From: Nemertoderma westbladi | Lineage: Eukaryota > Animalia > Xenacoelomorpha | Length of the DNA stretch: 53,905 nt | Reading direction: 5' to 3' | NCBI GenBank assembly: GCA_032718475.1 | Contig: JAUCBJ010000598.1 | Coordinates: forward strand, 1-53,905 | Shown here: piece after piece, positions 40,401-51,836 of the stretch | Layout of the letters: the number at the start of each line of letters is the position of its first letter | Numbering within the stretch: position 1 is the stretch's first letter | Notes under the pieces: generated by a model | Told to the model about the DNA's origin: nothing | Database searches by the model: none | What the model saw: the letters and a program-made list of their open reading frames with translations, nothing else | Program-made: the position numbers and the translations under genes

Positions 40401-43400
40401 AGTAGCCTCACTAACCTTTACCGTGGCCCGTAGCCTCACTAACCTTTACCGTGGCCCGTAGCCTCACTAACCTTTACCGTAGCCCGTAGCCTCACTAACC
40501 TTTACCGTGGCCCGTATCCTCACTAACATTTACCGTGGCCCGTAGCCTCACTAACCTTTACCGTGGCCCGTAGCCTCACTAACATTTACAGTGACCCGTA
40601 CCGTAGCCTCACTATCCATTACCGTGGCCCGTAGCCTCACTAACCTTTACCGTGGCCAGTAGCCTCACTAACATTTACCGTGGCCCGTAGCCTCACTAAC
40701 CTTTACCGTGGCCCGTAGCCTCACTAACCTTTACCGTGGCCCGTAGCCTCACTAACCTTTACCGTGGCCCGTAGCCTCACTAACCTTTACCGTGGCCGTA
40801 GCCTCACTAACCTTTACCGTGGCCAGTAGCCTCACTAACCTTTACCGTGGCCCGTAGCCTCACTAACCTTTACCGTGGCCGTAGCCTCACTAACCTTTAC
40901 CGTGGCCAGTAGCCTCACTAACATTTACCGTGGCCCGTAGCCTCACTAACCTTTACCGTGGCCCGTAGCCTCACTAACCTTTACCGTGGCCCGTAGCCTC
41001 ACTAACATTTACCGTGGCCCGTAGTCTCACTAACCTTTACCGTGGCCCGTAGCCTCACTAACCTTTACCGTGGCCCGTAGCCGCACTAACCTTTACCGTG
41101 GCCCGTAGTCTCACTAACCTTTACCGTGGCCCGTAGTCTCACTAACCTTTACCGTGGCCCGTAGCCTCACTAACCTTTACCGTGGCCCGTAGCCTCACTA
41201 ACCTTTACCGTGGCCCGTAGCCTCACTAACATTTACCGTGGCCCGTAGCCTCACTAACCTTTACCGTGGCCCGTAGCCTCACTAACATTTACCGTGGCCC
41301 GTAGCCTCACTAATATTTACCGTGGCCGTAGCCTCACTAACCTTTACCGTGGCCAGTAGCCTCACTAACCTTTACCGTGGCCAGTAGCCTCACTAACCTT
41401 TACCGTGGCCCGTAGCCTCACTAACCTTTACCGTGGCCCGTAGCCTCACTAACCTTTACCGTGGCCCGTAGCCTCACTAACCTTTACCGTGGCCCATAGC
41501 CTCACTAACCTTTACCGTGGCCCGTAGCCTCACTAACCTTTACCGTGGCCAGTAGCCTCACTAACCTTTACCGTGGCCAGTAGCCTCACTAACCTTTACC
41601 GTGGCCCGTAGCCTCACTAACCTTTACCGTGGCCGTAGCCTCACTAACCTTTACCGAGGCCAGTAGCCTCACTAACCTTTACCGTGGCCCGTAGCCTCAC
41701 TAACCTTTACCGTGGCCCGTAGCCTCACTAACCTTTACCGTGGCCCGTAGCCTCACTAACCTTTACCGTGGCCCGTAGCCTCACTAACCTTTACCGTGGC
41801 CCGTAGCCTTACTAACCTTTACCGTAGCCTGTACCATAGCCTCACTAACCTTTACAGTGGCCCGTAGCCTCACTAACCTTTACCGTGGCCCCTAGCCTCA
41901 CTAACCTTTACCGTGGCCGTAGCCTCACTAACCTTTACCGTGGCCCGTAGCCTCACTAACCTTTACCGTGGCCTGTACCATAGCCTCACTAACCTTTACC
42001 GTGGCCTGTACCATAGCCTCACTAACCTTTACCGTGGCCCGTAGCCTCACTAACCTTTACCGTGTCCTGTACCATAGCCTCACTAACCTTTACCGTGGCC
42101 CGTAGCCTCACTAACCTTTACCGTGGCCCGTAGCCTCACTAACCTTTACCGTGGCTCGTAGCCTCACTCATCTTTACCGTGGCTCGTAGCCTCACTAACC
42201 TTTTCCGTGGCCCGTAGCCTCACTAACCTTTACCGTGGCCCGTAGCCTCACTAACCTCTACCGTGGCCGTAGCCTCACTAACCTTTACCATGGCCGTAGC
42301 CTCACTAACCTTTTCCGTGGCCCGTAGCCTCACCAACATTTACCGTGGCCCGTAGCCTCACTAACCTTTACCGTGGCCCGTAGCCTCACTAACCTTTACC
42401 GTGGCCCGTAGCCTCACTAACCTTTACCGTGGCCCGTAGCCTCACTAACCTTTACCGTGGCCGTAGCCTCACTAACCTTTACCATGGCCGTAGCCTCACT
42501 AACCTTTTCCGTGGCCCGTAGCCTCACTAACCTTTACCGTGGCCCGTAGCCTCACTAACCTCTACCGTGGCCGTAGCCTCACTAACCTTTACCATGGCCG
42601 TAGCCTCACTAACCTTTTCCGTGGCCCGTAGCCTCACCAACATTTACCGTGGCCCGTAGCCTCACTAACCTTTACCGTGGCCCGTAGCCTCACTAACCTT
42701 TACCGTGGCCCGTAGCCTCACTAAACTTTACCGTGGCCCGTAGCCTCACTAACCTTTACCGTGGCCGTAGCCTCACTAACCTTTACCGTGGCCCGTAGCC
42801 TCACTAACCTTTACCGTGGCCTGTACCATAGCCTCACTAACCTTTACCGTGGCCTGTACCATAGCCTCACTAACCTTTACCGTGGCCCGTAGCCTCACTA
42901 ACCTTTACCGTGGCCTGTACCATAGCCTCACTAACCTTTACCGTGGCCCGTAGCCTCACTAACCTTTACCGTGGCCCGTAGCCTCACTAACCTTTTCCGT
43001 GGCCCGTAGCCTCACTAACCTTTACCGTGGCCCGTAGCCTCACTAACCTCTACCGTGGCCGTAGCCTCACTAACCTTTACCATGGCCGTAGCCTCACTAA
43101 CCTTTACCGTGGCCCGTAGCCTCACTAACCTTTAACATGGCCCGTAGCCTCACTAACCTTTACCGTGGCTCGTAGCCTCACTAACCTTTTCCGTGGCCCG
43201 TAGCCTCACCAACATTTACCGTGGCCCGTAGCCTCACTAACCTTTACCGTGGCCCGTAGCCTCACTAACCTTTACCGTGGCCCGTAGCCTCACTAACCTT
43301 TACCGTGGCCCGTAGCCTCACTAACCTTTACCGTGGCCGTAGCCTCACTAACCTTTACCGTGGCCCGTAGCCTCACTAACCTTTACCGTGGCCTGTACCA

Positions 43401-46030
43401 TAGCCTCACTAACCTTTACCGTGGCCTGTACCATAGCCTCACTAACCTTTACCGTGGCCCGTAGCCTCACTAACCTTTACCGTGGCCTGTACCATAGCCT
43501 CACTAACCTTTACCGTGGCCCGTAGCCTCACTAACCTTTACCGTGGCCCGTAGCCTCACTAACCTTTTCCGTGGCCCGTAGCCTCACTAACCTTTACCGT
43601 GGCCCGTAGCCTCACTAACCTCTACCGTGGCCGTAGCCTCACTAACCTTTACCATGGCCGTAGCCTCACTAACCTTTACCGTGGCCCGTAGCCTCACTAA
43701 CCTTTAACATGGCCCGTAGCCTCACTAACCTTTACCGTGGCTCGTAGCCTCACTAACCTTTACCGTGGCCCGTAGCCTCACTGGCTCGTAGCCTCACTAA
43801 CATTTACAGTGACCCGTACCGTAGCCTCACTAACCTTTACCGTGGCCCGTAGCCTCACTAACCTTTACCGTGGCCCGTAGCCTCACTAACCTTTACCGTG
43901 GCCCGTAGCCTCACTAACCTTTACCGTGGCCCGTAGCTTCACTAACCTTTACCGTGGCTCGTAGCCTCACTAACCTTTACCGTGGCTCGTAGCCTCACTA
44001 ACCTTTTCCGTGGCCCGTAGCCTCACTAACCTTTACCGTGGCCCGTAGCCTCACTAACCTTTACCATGGCCGTAGCCTCACTAACCTTTACCGTGGCCCG
44101 TAGCCTCACTAACCTTTTCCGTGGCCCGTAGCCTCACTAACCTTTACCGTGGCCCGTAGCCTCACTAACCTTTACCATGGCCGTAGCCTCACTAACCTTT
44201 ACCGTGGCCCGTAGCCTCACTAACCTTTACCGTGGCCCGTAGCCTCACTATCCATTACCGTGGCCCGTAGCCTCACTAACCTTTACAGTGGCCGTAGCCT
44301 CACTAACCTTTACCGTGGCCCGTGGCCTCACTAACCTTTACCGTGGCCCGTAGCCTCACTAACCTTTACCGTGGCCCGTAGCTTCACTAACCTTTACCGT
44401 GGCTCGTAGCCTCACTAACCTTTACCGTGGCCCGTAGCCTCACTAACCATTACCGTGGCCTGTAGCCTCACTAACCTTTACCGTGGCCCGTAGCCTCACT
44501 AACCTTTACCGTGGCCCGTAGCCTCACTAACCTTTACCGTGGCCCGTAGCCTTAATAACCTTTACCATGGCCCGTAGCCTCACTAACCTTTACCGTGGCC
44601 CGTAGCCTCACTAACCTTTACCGTGGCCCGTAGCCTCACTAACCTTTACCGTGGCCCGTAGCCTCACTAACCTTTACCGTGGCCCGTAGCCTCACTAACC
44701 TTTACCGTGGCCCGTAGCCTCACTAACATTTACCGTGGCCCGTAGCCTCACTAACCTTTACCGTGGCCCGTAGCCTCACTAACCTTTACCGTGGCCCGTA
44801 GCCTCACTAACCTTTACCGTGGCCCGTAGCTTCACTAACCTTTACCGTGGCCCGTAGCCTCATTAACCTTTACCGTGGCCCGTAGTCTCACTAACCTTTA
44901 CCGTGGCCCGTAGCCTCACTAACCTTTACCGTGGCCCGTAGCCTCACTAACCTTTACCGTGGCCCGTAGCTTCACTAACCTTTACCGTGGCCCGTAGCCT
45001 CACTAACCTTTACCGTGGCCCGTAGCCTCACTAACATTTACCGTGGCCCGTAGCCTCACTAACCTTTTCCGTGGCCCGTAGCCTCACTAACCTTTACCGT
45101 GGCCCGTAGCCTCACTAACCTTTACCGTGGCCCGTAGCCTCACTAACCTTTACCGTGGCCCGTAGCCTCACTAACCTTTACCGTGGCCTCACTAACCTTT
45201 ACCGTGGCCCGTAGCCTCACTAACCTTTACCGTGGCCGTAGCCTCACTCATCTTTACCGTGGCCCGTAGCCTCACTAACCATTACCGTGGCCCGTAGCCT
45301 CACTGGGTCGTAGCCTCACTAACCTTTACCGTGGCCCGTAGCCTCACTAACCTTTACAGTGGCCGTAGCCTCACTAACCTTTACAGTGGCCGTAGCCTCA
45401 CTAACCTTTACCGTGGCCCGTAGCTTCACTAACCTTTACCGTGGCCCGTAGCCTCACTAACCTTTACCGTGGCCCGTAGCCTCACTAACATTTACCGTGG
45501 CCCGTAGCCTCACTAACCTTTACCGTGGCCCGTAGCCTCACTAACCTTTACCGTGGCCCGTAGCCTCACTAACCTTTACCGTGGCCTGTACCATAGCCTC
45601 ACTAACCTTTACCGTGGCCCGTAGTCTCACTAACCTTTACCGTGGCCCGTAGCCTCACTAACCTTTACCGTGGCCCGTAGCCTCACTAACCTTTACCGTG
45701 GCCCGTAGCCTCACTAACCTTTACCGTGGCCCGTAGCCTCACTAACCTTTACCGTGGCCCGTAGCCTCACTAACCTTTACCGTGGCCCGTAGCCTCACTA
45801 ACCTTTACCGGGGCCTGTAGCCTCACTAACCTTTACCGTGGCCGTAGCCTCACTAACCTTTACCGTGGCCCGTAGCCTCACTAACCTTTACCGTGGCCCG
45901 TGGCCCGTAGCCTCACTAACCTTTACCGTGGCCCGTAGCCTCACTAACCTTTACCGTGGCCGTAGCCTCACTAACCTTTACCGTGGCCGTAGCCTCACTA
46001 ACCTTTACCGTGGCCTGTAGCCTCACTAAC
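34418..46030. repeat. 28-bp satellite, roughly 410 copies, derived from the end of coding exon 3
   Basis: Plus-strand unit CTTTACCGTGGCCCGTAGCCTCACTAAC (period confirmed: 420 bp = 15 units). The terminal copy at 46003-46030 is coding sequence. Confidence 0.98.
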
Positions 46031-46236
46031 AACCAAGAAACATCGCTCTACCGTCCCGTTTGGATTTACCAAACGAAAGAAATCCTCTTTGGTCCACGTC
46101 AATGGCATGTTGGTTACGCACAACATCGCTTCTATTGGCGGCAAGGCTACATCGAGGGTCCGACCCTTGTAATACATACTCTGGAACTTTTCGATAGCCC
46201 CTCTCGCCATTTCCCCACTCGCTAAGGTCACAGTTG
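46003..46236 (-). CDS. RAVER1: RAVER-like coding exon 3 (end of RRM1, start of RRM2)
   Basis: TTTTCAG acceptor; …TVTLASGEMARGAI…[15 protein letters not shown]; donor AAG|GTTAGT, phase 1 to 1. Confidence 0.9.
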
Positions 46237-46520
46237 CTGAAAATAAACACGATTGTGAGAACTATAATATAAATAATCGGATTATCTACAACCTTCCGGC
46301 TAATTTTCAATGAGAGTAACAGTAAAAAATTAACATTAATTTATTGTTATATTTCCCCATAAAATATACAAAATTCTTTAAATTTCCAACCAGAATTTTG
46401 AGAACCTGAACAAAATATTGTTCTGTACTATTTAAACTAAATATTACAGGTCACTGAAAAAAGATACTAAATTTCAGGAACATGACATTCCGGTATGTAA
46501 ACAGTACACAATACACTTAC

Positions 46521-46593
46521 CCGCCGCCATCTCCCCAGTCCGTTCTACATGAGTCGAAATAACTTGATATCCAGAAAATAGAGCATTAATCTC
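46521..46593 (-). CDS. RAVER1: RAVER-like coding exon 2 (RRM1)
   Basis: TAG|GAG acceptor; EINALFSGYQVISTHVERTGEMAA; donor G|GTAAGT, phase 0 to 1. Confidence 0.82.
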
Positions 46594-47125
46594 CTAGATG
46601 GAAATAATACGACATTAAGTATATAACAACAACCAACAAACACAACAACAAATTATAGTAAGCAACAACATTAATTACCATACACAATATATAATAGAGA
46701 CAAAATAAAGATCTAGCTGTCTAGCAGGTTGTTCAGTGCCCATGCCCTAAAGCGATAAGCTCTATTTCATTGTCTTGTCTTGCCTGTCACCGGTACCGCA
46801 TACTTTAACCTTGTATCATTGGCTGGTATATTTTTTCATTAGCCAAACCAAGCAAGGACCGGCATTTATGGACCAACTATTAGGGTATTATTTGGGCGAT
46901 TTTTTCCCAGTCCAATTATTCTCGTTAGACTAGCATTAGGGAGGCAGAGACTCCCTTTCACATTCCAATGTCGGCTATATCTTCCTCTTCATTTGCGGTC
47001 ACTCCTGCTCTGGGAGATCTTCTCAGCTTCTCTCTGTCACTGCTTCTATCTTCTAAAGCTACCAACTATGCTACCGGTACTGTGAGGACTGGGATACAGG
47101 ACTACGCTACAACTCTACTACTAAC

Positions 47126-47296
47126 CTGGGCAGTTGCATCGTTAGGAAAGTTCCTCACCAACACTTTCCTACGGTTCGCAAATTCATTTTTTGCCTTCAT
47201 TATCGCATCCTCTTTAGATTTCTCTGGAAGCGGAACTAGAATATCTTCCGGGGGAAGTTGTTTCGGCAAATCTTCGTCCGTTTCCGGCTTTGACAT
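47126..47296 (-). CDS. RAVER1: RAVER-like coding exon 1
   Basis: MSKPET…NEFANRRKVLVRNFPNDATAQ; donor CAG|GTTAGT, phase 0. Confidence 0.85.
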
Positions 47297-47464
47297 CTTT
47301 ATGTCTTTGGTCAGTTGTAATTTATATATACCGGTATATAACTTTAAAATATAGCCTAATAACCAGTAATAACAGGATCATATCATATATATAGCCTAAT
47401 ATATAATCTGATAACAGGAAATAATAATAGCCGGTAAATAAAATATAGGCCCTAGGCCTACAGG

Positions 47465-48381
47465 TAGTGCAGCGCACTGAAATTGAACTGGAACCGAAAT
47501 CGAACTGAAATTGTTTTTGGAAATTTTTGTGAACTAAACTGAAACTAGAACTGAAACTGGAATACTGGAACTGGTACCGGTACTAGAACTGAATTGCCCA
47601 AGAGTTAAAACTGAAAGTATAATCTATAAATTGGGAATAAGTATACAATTGAAATGGTACAATTCGCGTTTTTAGTATTCCACCTATTCATAAATAATGT
47701 TTCGTTTCTTTAATAAATAAATGTAATTTGCTTTATTGTGTTGAAAGGCAAGACCTAATATAGATACGAACAGCCAAATCGCTGCAAAGTTCATTAATTT
47801 AGTGGGGCAGTTAACAGTTAAATAGGCTTATCTTAGTTAGAATCTCTAAAACAATATAGGTCTAGCACGTCGAAAGTACTTGGCCCTAACTAAATTAGGT
47901 CCTCTTTCAGATAATGAGACAAAAATTGTAATAGCTCGCTCTAGTAGTTTTCGAGATGGGGAGTTCCTGGCACCCATTTTAGCACTTTCGGAATTTAATT
48001 ACTCAAATATATATTTTATTTTCAAGTAATACGTACAGATGTAATTGTAAACCTAACAATTAGGCCTACCGGTACCTTTTTGCAGCTAAAAATATTATAC
48101 CGGTTATTTTCATTAAAAATTTAATAAATGGCAGTCGGATCCATCAAACGATTGGCCACGCCAGCTTTTTATGTATGTTAACAAGACACTTGCAAAACTT
48201 TCTAAATCTGTAACTGAAACTACTTCTTTTTGGAAACTGGAACTGAAATAAATAGGTTTATTAGAACTGAAACTAGAACTAAAATTATTCTTTTTTGGGA
48301 ACTGGAACTTTAACTGAAATGAATGTGTTTATTAGAACTGAAACCGAAACAAGTCAAATTTTCATTCAGTTCGCATCACTA
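47465..48381. mobile_element. hAT-like MITE with AACTGAAA subterminal motifs
   Basis: Ends TAGTGCAGCGCACTGAA / TTCAGTTCGCATCACTA; flanks CCTACAGG and CCTACAGA (7 of 8 match). Confidence 0.65.
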
Positions 48382-48534
48382 CCTACAGACCTACAGGTAG
48401 CCTACTGGCAGACTGGTATCTGGCTGTCTGGATATAGTAGGGCCTACTACTACTTACTACTATCGACATGATGCATTCTGCCATTCTGGCATTAGAGCTG
48501 CATTATTACCGGTATATACTGCAGTACTGATATA

Positions 48535-49381
48535 TAGGGCTCGATCGGAGTTTTTATTTTGCCGGAGCCGGAGCTGGAGTGGAAAAAAAATTGCCGGAGT
48601 TTGACCGGAGCCGGAGTTTCTTTCCCTATGTGTATTTTCCCTATATCCGGACCGGGTCGCCGTCGTTAGTACTCATATCCGGGTCGCCGTCGTCGGTACT
48701 CATATCCGGGCACCGGGTCGCCGTCGTTGGTACTTATATCTTGGTCGCGGACAGAACTCCTTGCATCATTCTCAGTCCATTCCCCTTCCAGAATTATAGT
48801 ACATATAGCTGTATAGTAGTACAGTTAGCTTGAGGTGCGGGATTGTCAGACTGTGTATTCAAGCTGTCAGGTAGGCCTACCGCTACCAGTACAGCAGTTC
48901 CGGAATTAGATTAAGTCAGTGAGTACAGAACACAGAAGTCAGGAAGTAGTACCGGTACTACTGTCTGACTGTACTGCTGTAGTACTACCAGTCAGCCAGT
49001 ACCAGCCTGCCAGTAAATCTAAGTTATTTAGTAGGCCTATTACAGTATTACACTGCTTTACCAGTTTACTGCAGTACTGTAGTATAGTAATACTGTAATA
49101 ATAGTAGTATCAAAGTAGTACAGTCAGACAATCAGACAGTACTGCAGTACTACCGGTACTGGACAGCTGGAGTAGGCTATTGGAGTACCGTCTGACCGTA
49201 CACTGGAATATACTGCTGCCATATGCCTATCTGCCTATCTATACTAGCCTATATATTATGTACATTAATATAAAACATACATTATTAAAAAACTCCGGCT
49301 CCGGTGATTTTTCTAACTCGCTCCGGTTCGGAGCCGGATGTAAGAAACTCCGGCCGGAGCCGGAACTCCGATCGAACCCTA
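48535..49381. mobile_element. hAT-like MITE with CCGGAG subterminal motifs
   Basis: TIR TAGGGCTCGATCGGAGTT / AACTCCGATCGAACCCTA; exact 8-bp TSD CTGATATA. Confidence 0.85.
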
Positions 49382-49588
49382 CTGATATATATATATATAA
49401 GCAAGGCCTACATATATCAGCTCAGCATATGGCATACATTTGGTTTAAAAACCCCGCTACATTAAATCACCCTAACTGCTTAATCATCCCCTATTTTCTG
49501 ATTTTAGGGGATGGCATAAAAAGACACATTCATGTAATTTTCACAAAACAATAAACGACCACTTTACTAATTGAGGAAAACCATATGG

Positions 49589-50919
49589 CAGTCGGGGAGA
49601 AGTTCTATTTTCGGGTCCTACTAAATACTACAAAAAGCACAAAACAAGCACAAAAAAAGTCAAGAAAAGCACAAAAAAAGTATAAAAAAAGCACAAAAAG
49701 TAAAAAAAAAACATAATAATACACATAGGCCTACAGTATAGATTAATAGCTTGATTAATCGTCGTGGGAAAGAACACCCAGGATCTAAGGCACTCATGGG
49801 GGTCGTTAATTAAGGTAAAATAAAATAGAATATTGACATATAAGATAAGTACACATGAACTATGCTGTGTCGCTACATCTCCCACATCGCTACATCGTTA
49901 CAAGTAATTAACCAGAACGCTGATAAGTTGACATAATGTGACAATAACAAAGTCTATTATAGTATTATAAGTTCTATCCTGATATTTGAATTGAACCATC
50001 TTTACATTCTGACATTAGCCTGATATTGCACTAGGGTGCTCGTGGTAGGGCTGTACCTGTAAGTGCTCGTGCTGGTACTCACTCACTGCAGTCAGGCAGT
50101 GGCAGTTATATGACATGAAAGCATAACTGGACATGTGATTATCCTTCCGGTAGCCTAGACACTACCAGACTACTGCACTATATGATATTGCTTCATCATA
50201 CAGTCATATCTGTTCTATTACAAGCTCAATAAACAGCTATCAGTTTGCTTTTGTGTGCTTTTTTTTTACTTTTTTGTACATTTTTTTACATTTTTTGTGC
50301 TTTTTTTGTGCCTTTTTGTGCTTTTCTTGACTTTTTTGTGCTTTTTTGTGCTTGTTTTGTGCTTTTTGTAGTATTTAGTAGGACCCCTATTTTCAACTGA
50401 GTTGAACTTTCAACTTTATTTTTTAAAATTCAACTTTTTATTAAAATTCAACTTTTGGAATAGGCCTAGAGTTGAAAATTCAACTTTTGGAGTAGCTTTG
50501 GAAATAGGGCCTACTGAAATATGGAATTGGAATCCATTACTGCAGTACTGGTATTCCATTGTATAATAATTATGACATTCAGCGGTAATTAAATAGGCCT
50601 ACATCTAATAAATTCCCGTAGTATTTCAGCTAATTTGCAAATGTAATCACTTGAAATGTTTAAAAAAAAGTGTTCCCGACGGTGAAAGTTTTTATTCCAT
50701 CGGTAATGATGGTTAATTTTTCGAGTTACTTACATCCATAAACAGATAAAAACAATGAAAACACCCCTTCTGTCACGTCTTGGGGGCCTTCTGTCTGTCT
50801 GTGCCTCCTGCCATTTTAAAGTTGAATTTACAACTTAAAAGTTGAATTTAAAAAAAAAGTTTTAAATTTCAACTCAGTCAGTCAGTCTGTCAGTTGAAAT
50901 TTGAACTTCTCCCCGACTG
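49589..50919. mobile_element. Non-autonomous TIR element with a 5-bp TSD, hosting a nested MITE
   Basis: TIR CAGTCGGGGAGAAGTTC / GAACTTCTCCCCGACTG; TSD TATGG; TTCAACT motifs inside. Confidence 0.82.
49613..50386. mobile_element. Nested MITE with long TIRs and an 8-bp TSD
   Basis: GGGTCCTACTAAATACTACAAAAAGCACAAAACAAGCAC with a perfect inverted copy; TSD CTATTTTC. Confidence 0.88.
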
Positions 50920-51836
50920 TATGGTCAGATGGTCGGTCATACAGCTGTACAGTCGGTAGAAAAAATGTTACTGGTAATGAATTAAAATTGTAAATAGCGT
51001 TTCATAAAATAAATATATAGGCCTATAGGCCTAATAAAATATAAAAATATATACCGGTACGGTACTGATATATACACATATACCGGTAAGTCTCAAAGTC
51101 TGTAAGTGTTTTATTTTAATTAAGGGGCGGTCGGACATTCAGACGGTCTGACGGTACGGTCGACGGTCCCCAAACAGCCAAACCAGCAAACTGCTGAACT
51201 GCCAAAGAAACAATACCGGTACCGTACTTAGGCACAACTTTAGCCCATGGGTACAACATTGACCCAACTAGAAAAAAATATCATATATTGCTATAAATCT
51301 GTTGGATTTTATTTGCAAACCGTAGGAACACATCAGGTTGATGGTTTAATGTGTCCTTTAACTTTTTCTTATAATTTACATAGGTTACAAATAGTTTTTG
51401 TTTACAGACTAGATCATTAAAATATGTTACTAAATTTAGTTATAAAATTACACTTTGGAGCTTGTGCTGTAGTGTGGCAAAGGTAATTAATACAATCCCG
51501 GTTGTTACTAAATCTACAAATATGATAAATTTGAAAATGTTTGACACCATTATTTTGCATCTGTCATTATATATAACATCTTGTCATAGGGTGGGCAATG
51601 TTGGAACCTAAATATTTTCGTAAATGGGACAACTTTGGCCCAATCATTTGGTATTTTACATCCAATAGTTAGTTAGAGTACTTCAAGTATTGAAGCTGTA
51701 AATCAGTCTACACTGCCATAACTTTCTAATGTAGGCCTATGCCTATTGTCTACAGTCTAACATCAAACTGCATTTCTTTCTTAGTGTATTTGTTATTATT
51801 GTGTATATATGGTATTACAGCAGTACAGTATTGCAA

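Larger units (their letters stand above)
25094..47296 (-). other. RAVER1: RAVER1/2-like gene span (ribonucleoprotein PTB-binding; three RRMs plus a Gly/Pro/Gln-rich tail); 3' end unresolved
   Basis: GT-AG exons with compatible phases join into …NRRKVLVRNFP…LCVTNMP…[22 protein letters not shown]…RYCQLAIGQDGRPKGFAIVAYET…IKVSFITPGHSGR, which closely follows recalled RAVER RRM1-3 sequence. Confidence 0.88.

Noticed and set aside
34251-46002. De novo intron gain by tandem duplication of an AGGT-containing exon segment
   Set aside because: A unique 176-bp remnant with its own donor and acceptor indicates that the intron predates the array.
13398-46030. CRISPR-like arrays (28-, 36- and 43-bp repeats)
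   Set aside because: Units are head-to-tail with no unique spacers, there are no cas genes, and the context is eukaryotic.
34418-46030. Branch-point-like CACTAAC followed by TAG in each unit on the plus strand, and AG|GT as recursive-splicing sites
   Set aside because: ACTAAC is simply the reverse complement of the donor GTTAGT and no plus-strand gene is evident. The sense-strand AG|GT sites lack a polypyrimidine tract.
46960-47070. Purine-rich exon-like stretch in RAVER intron 1
   Set aside because: Weak splice sites, and inclusion would interrupt RRM1; exons 1 and 2 join correctly without it.
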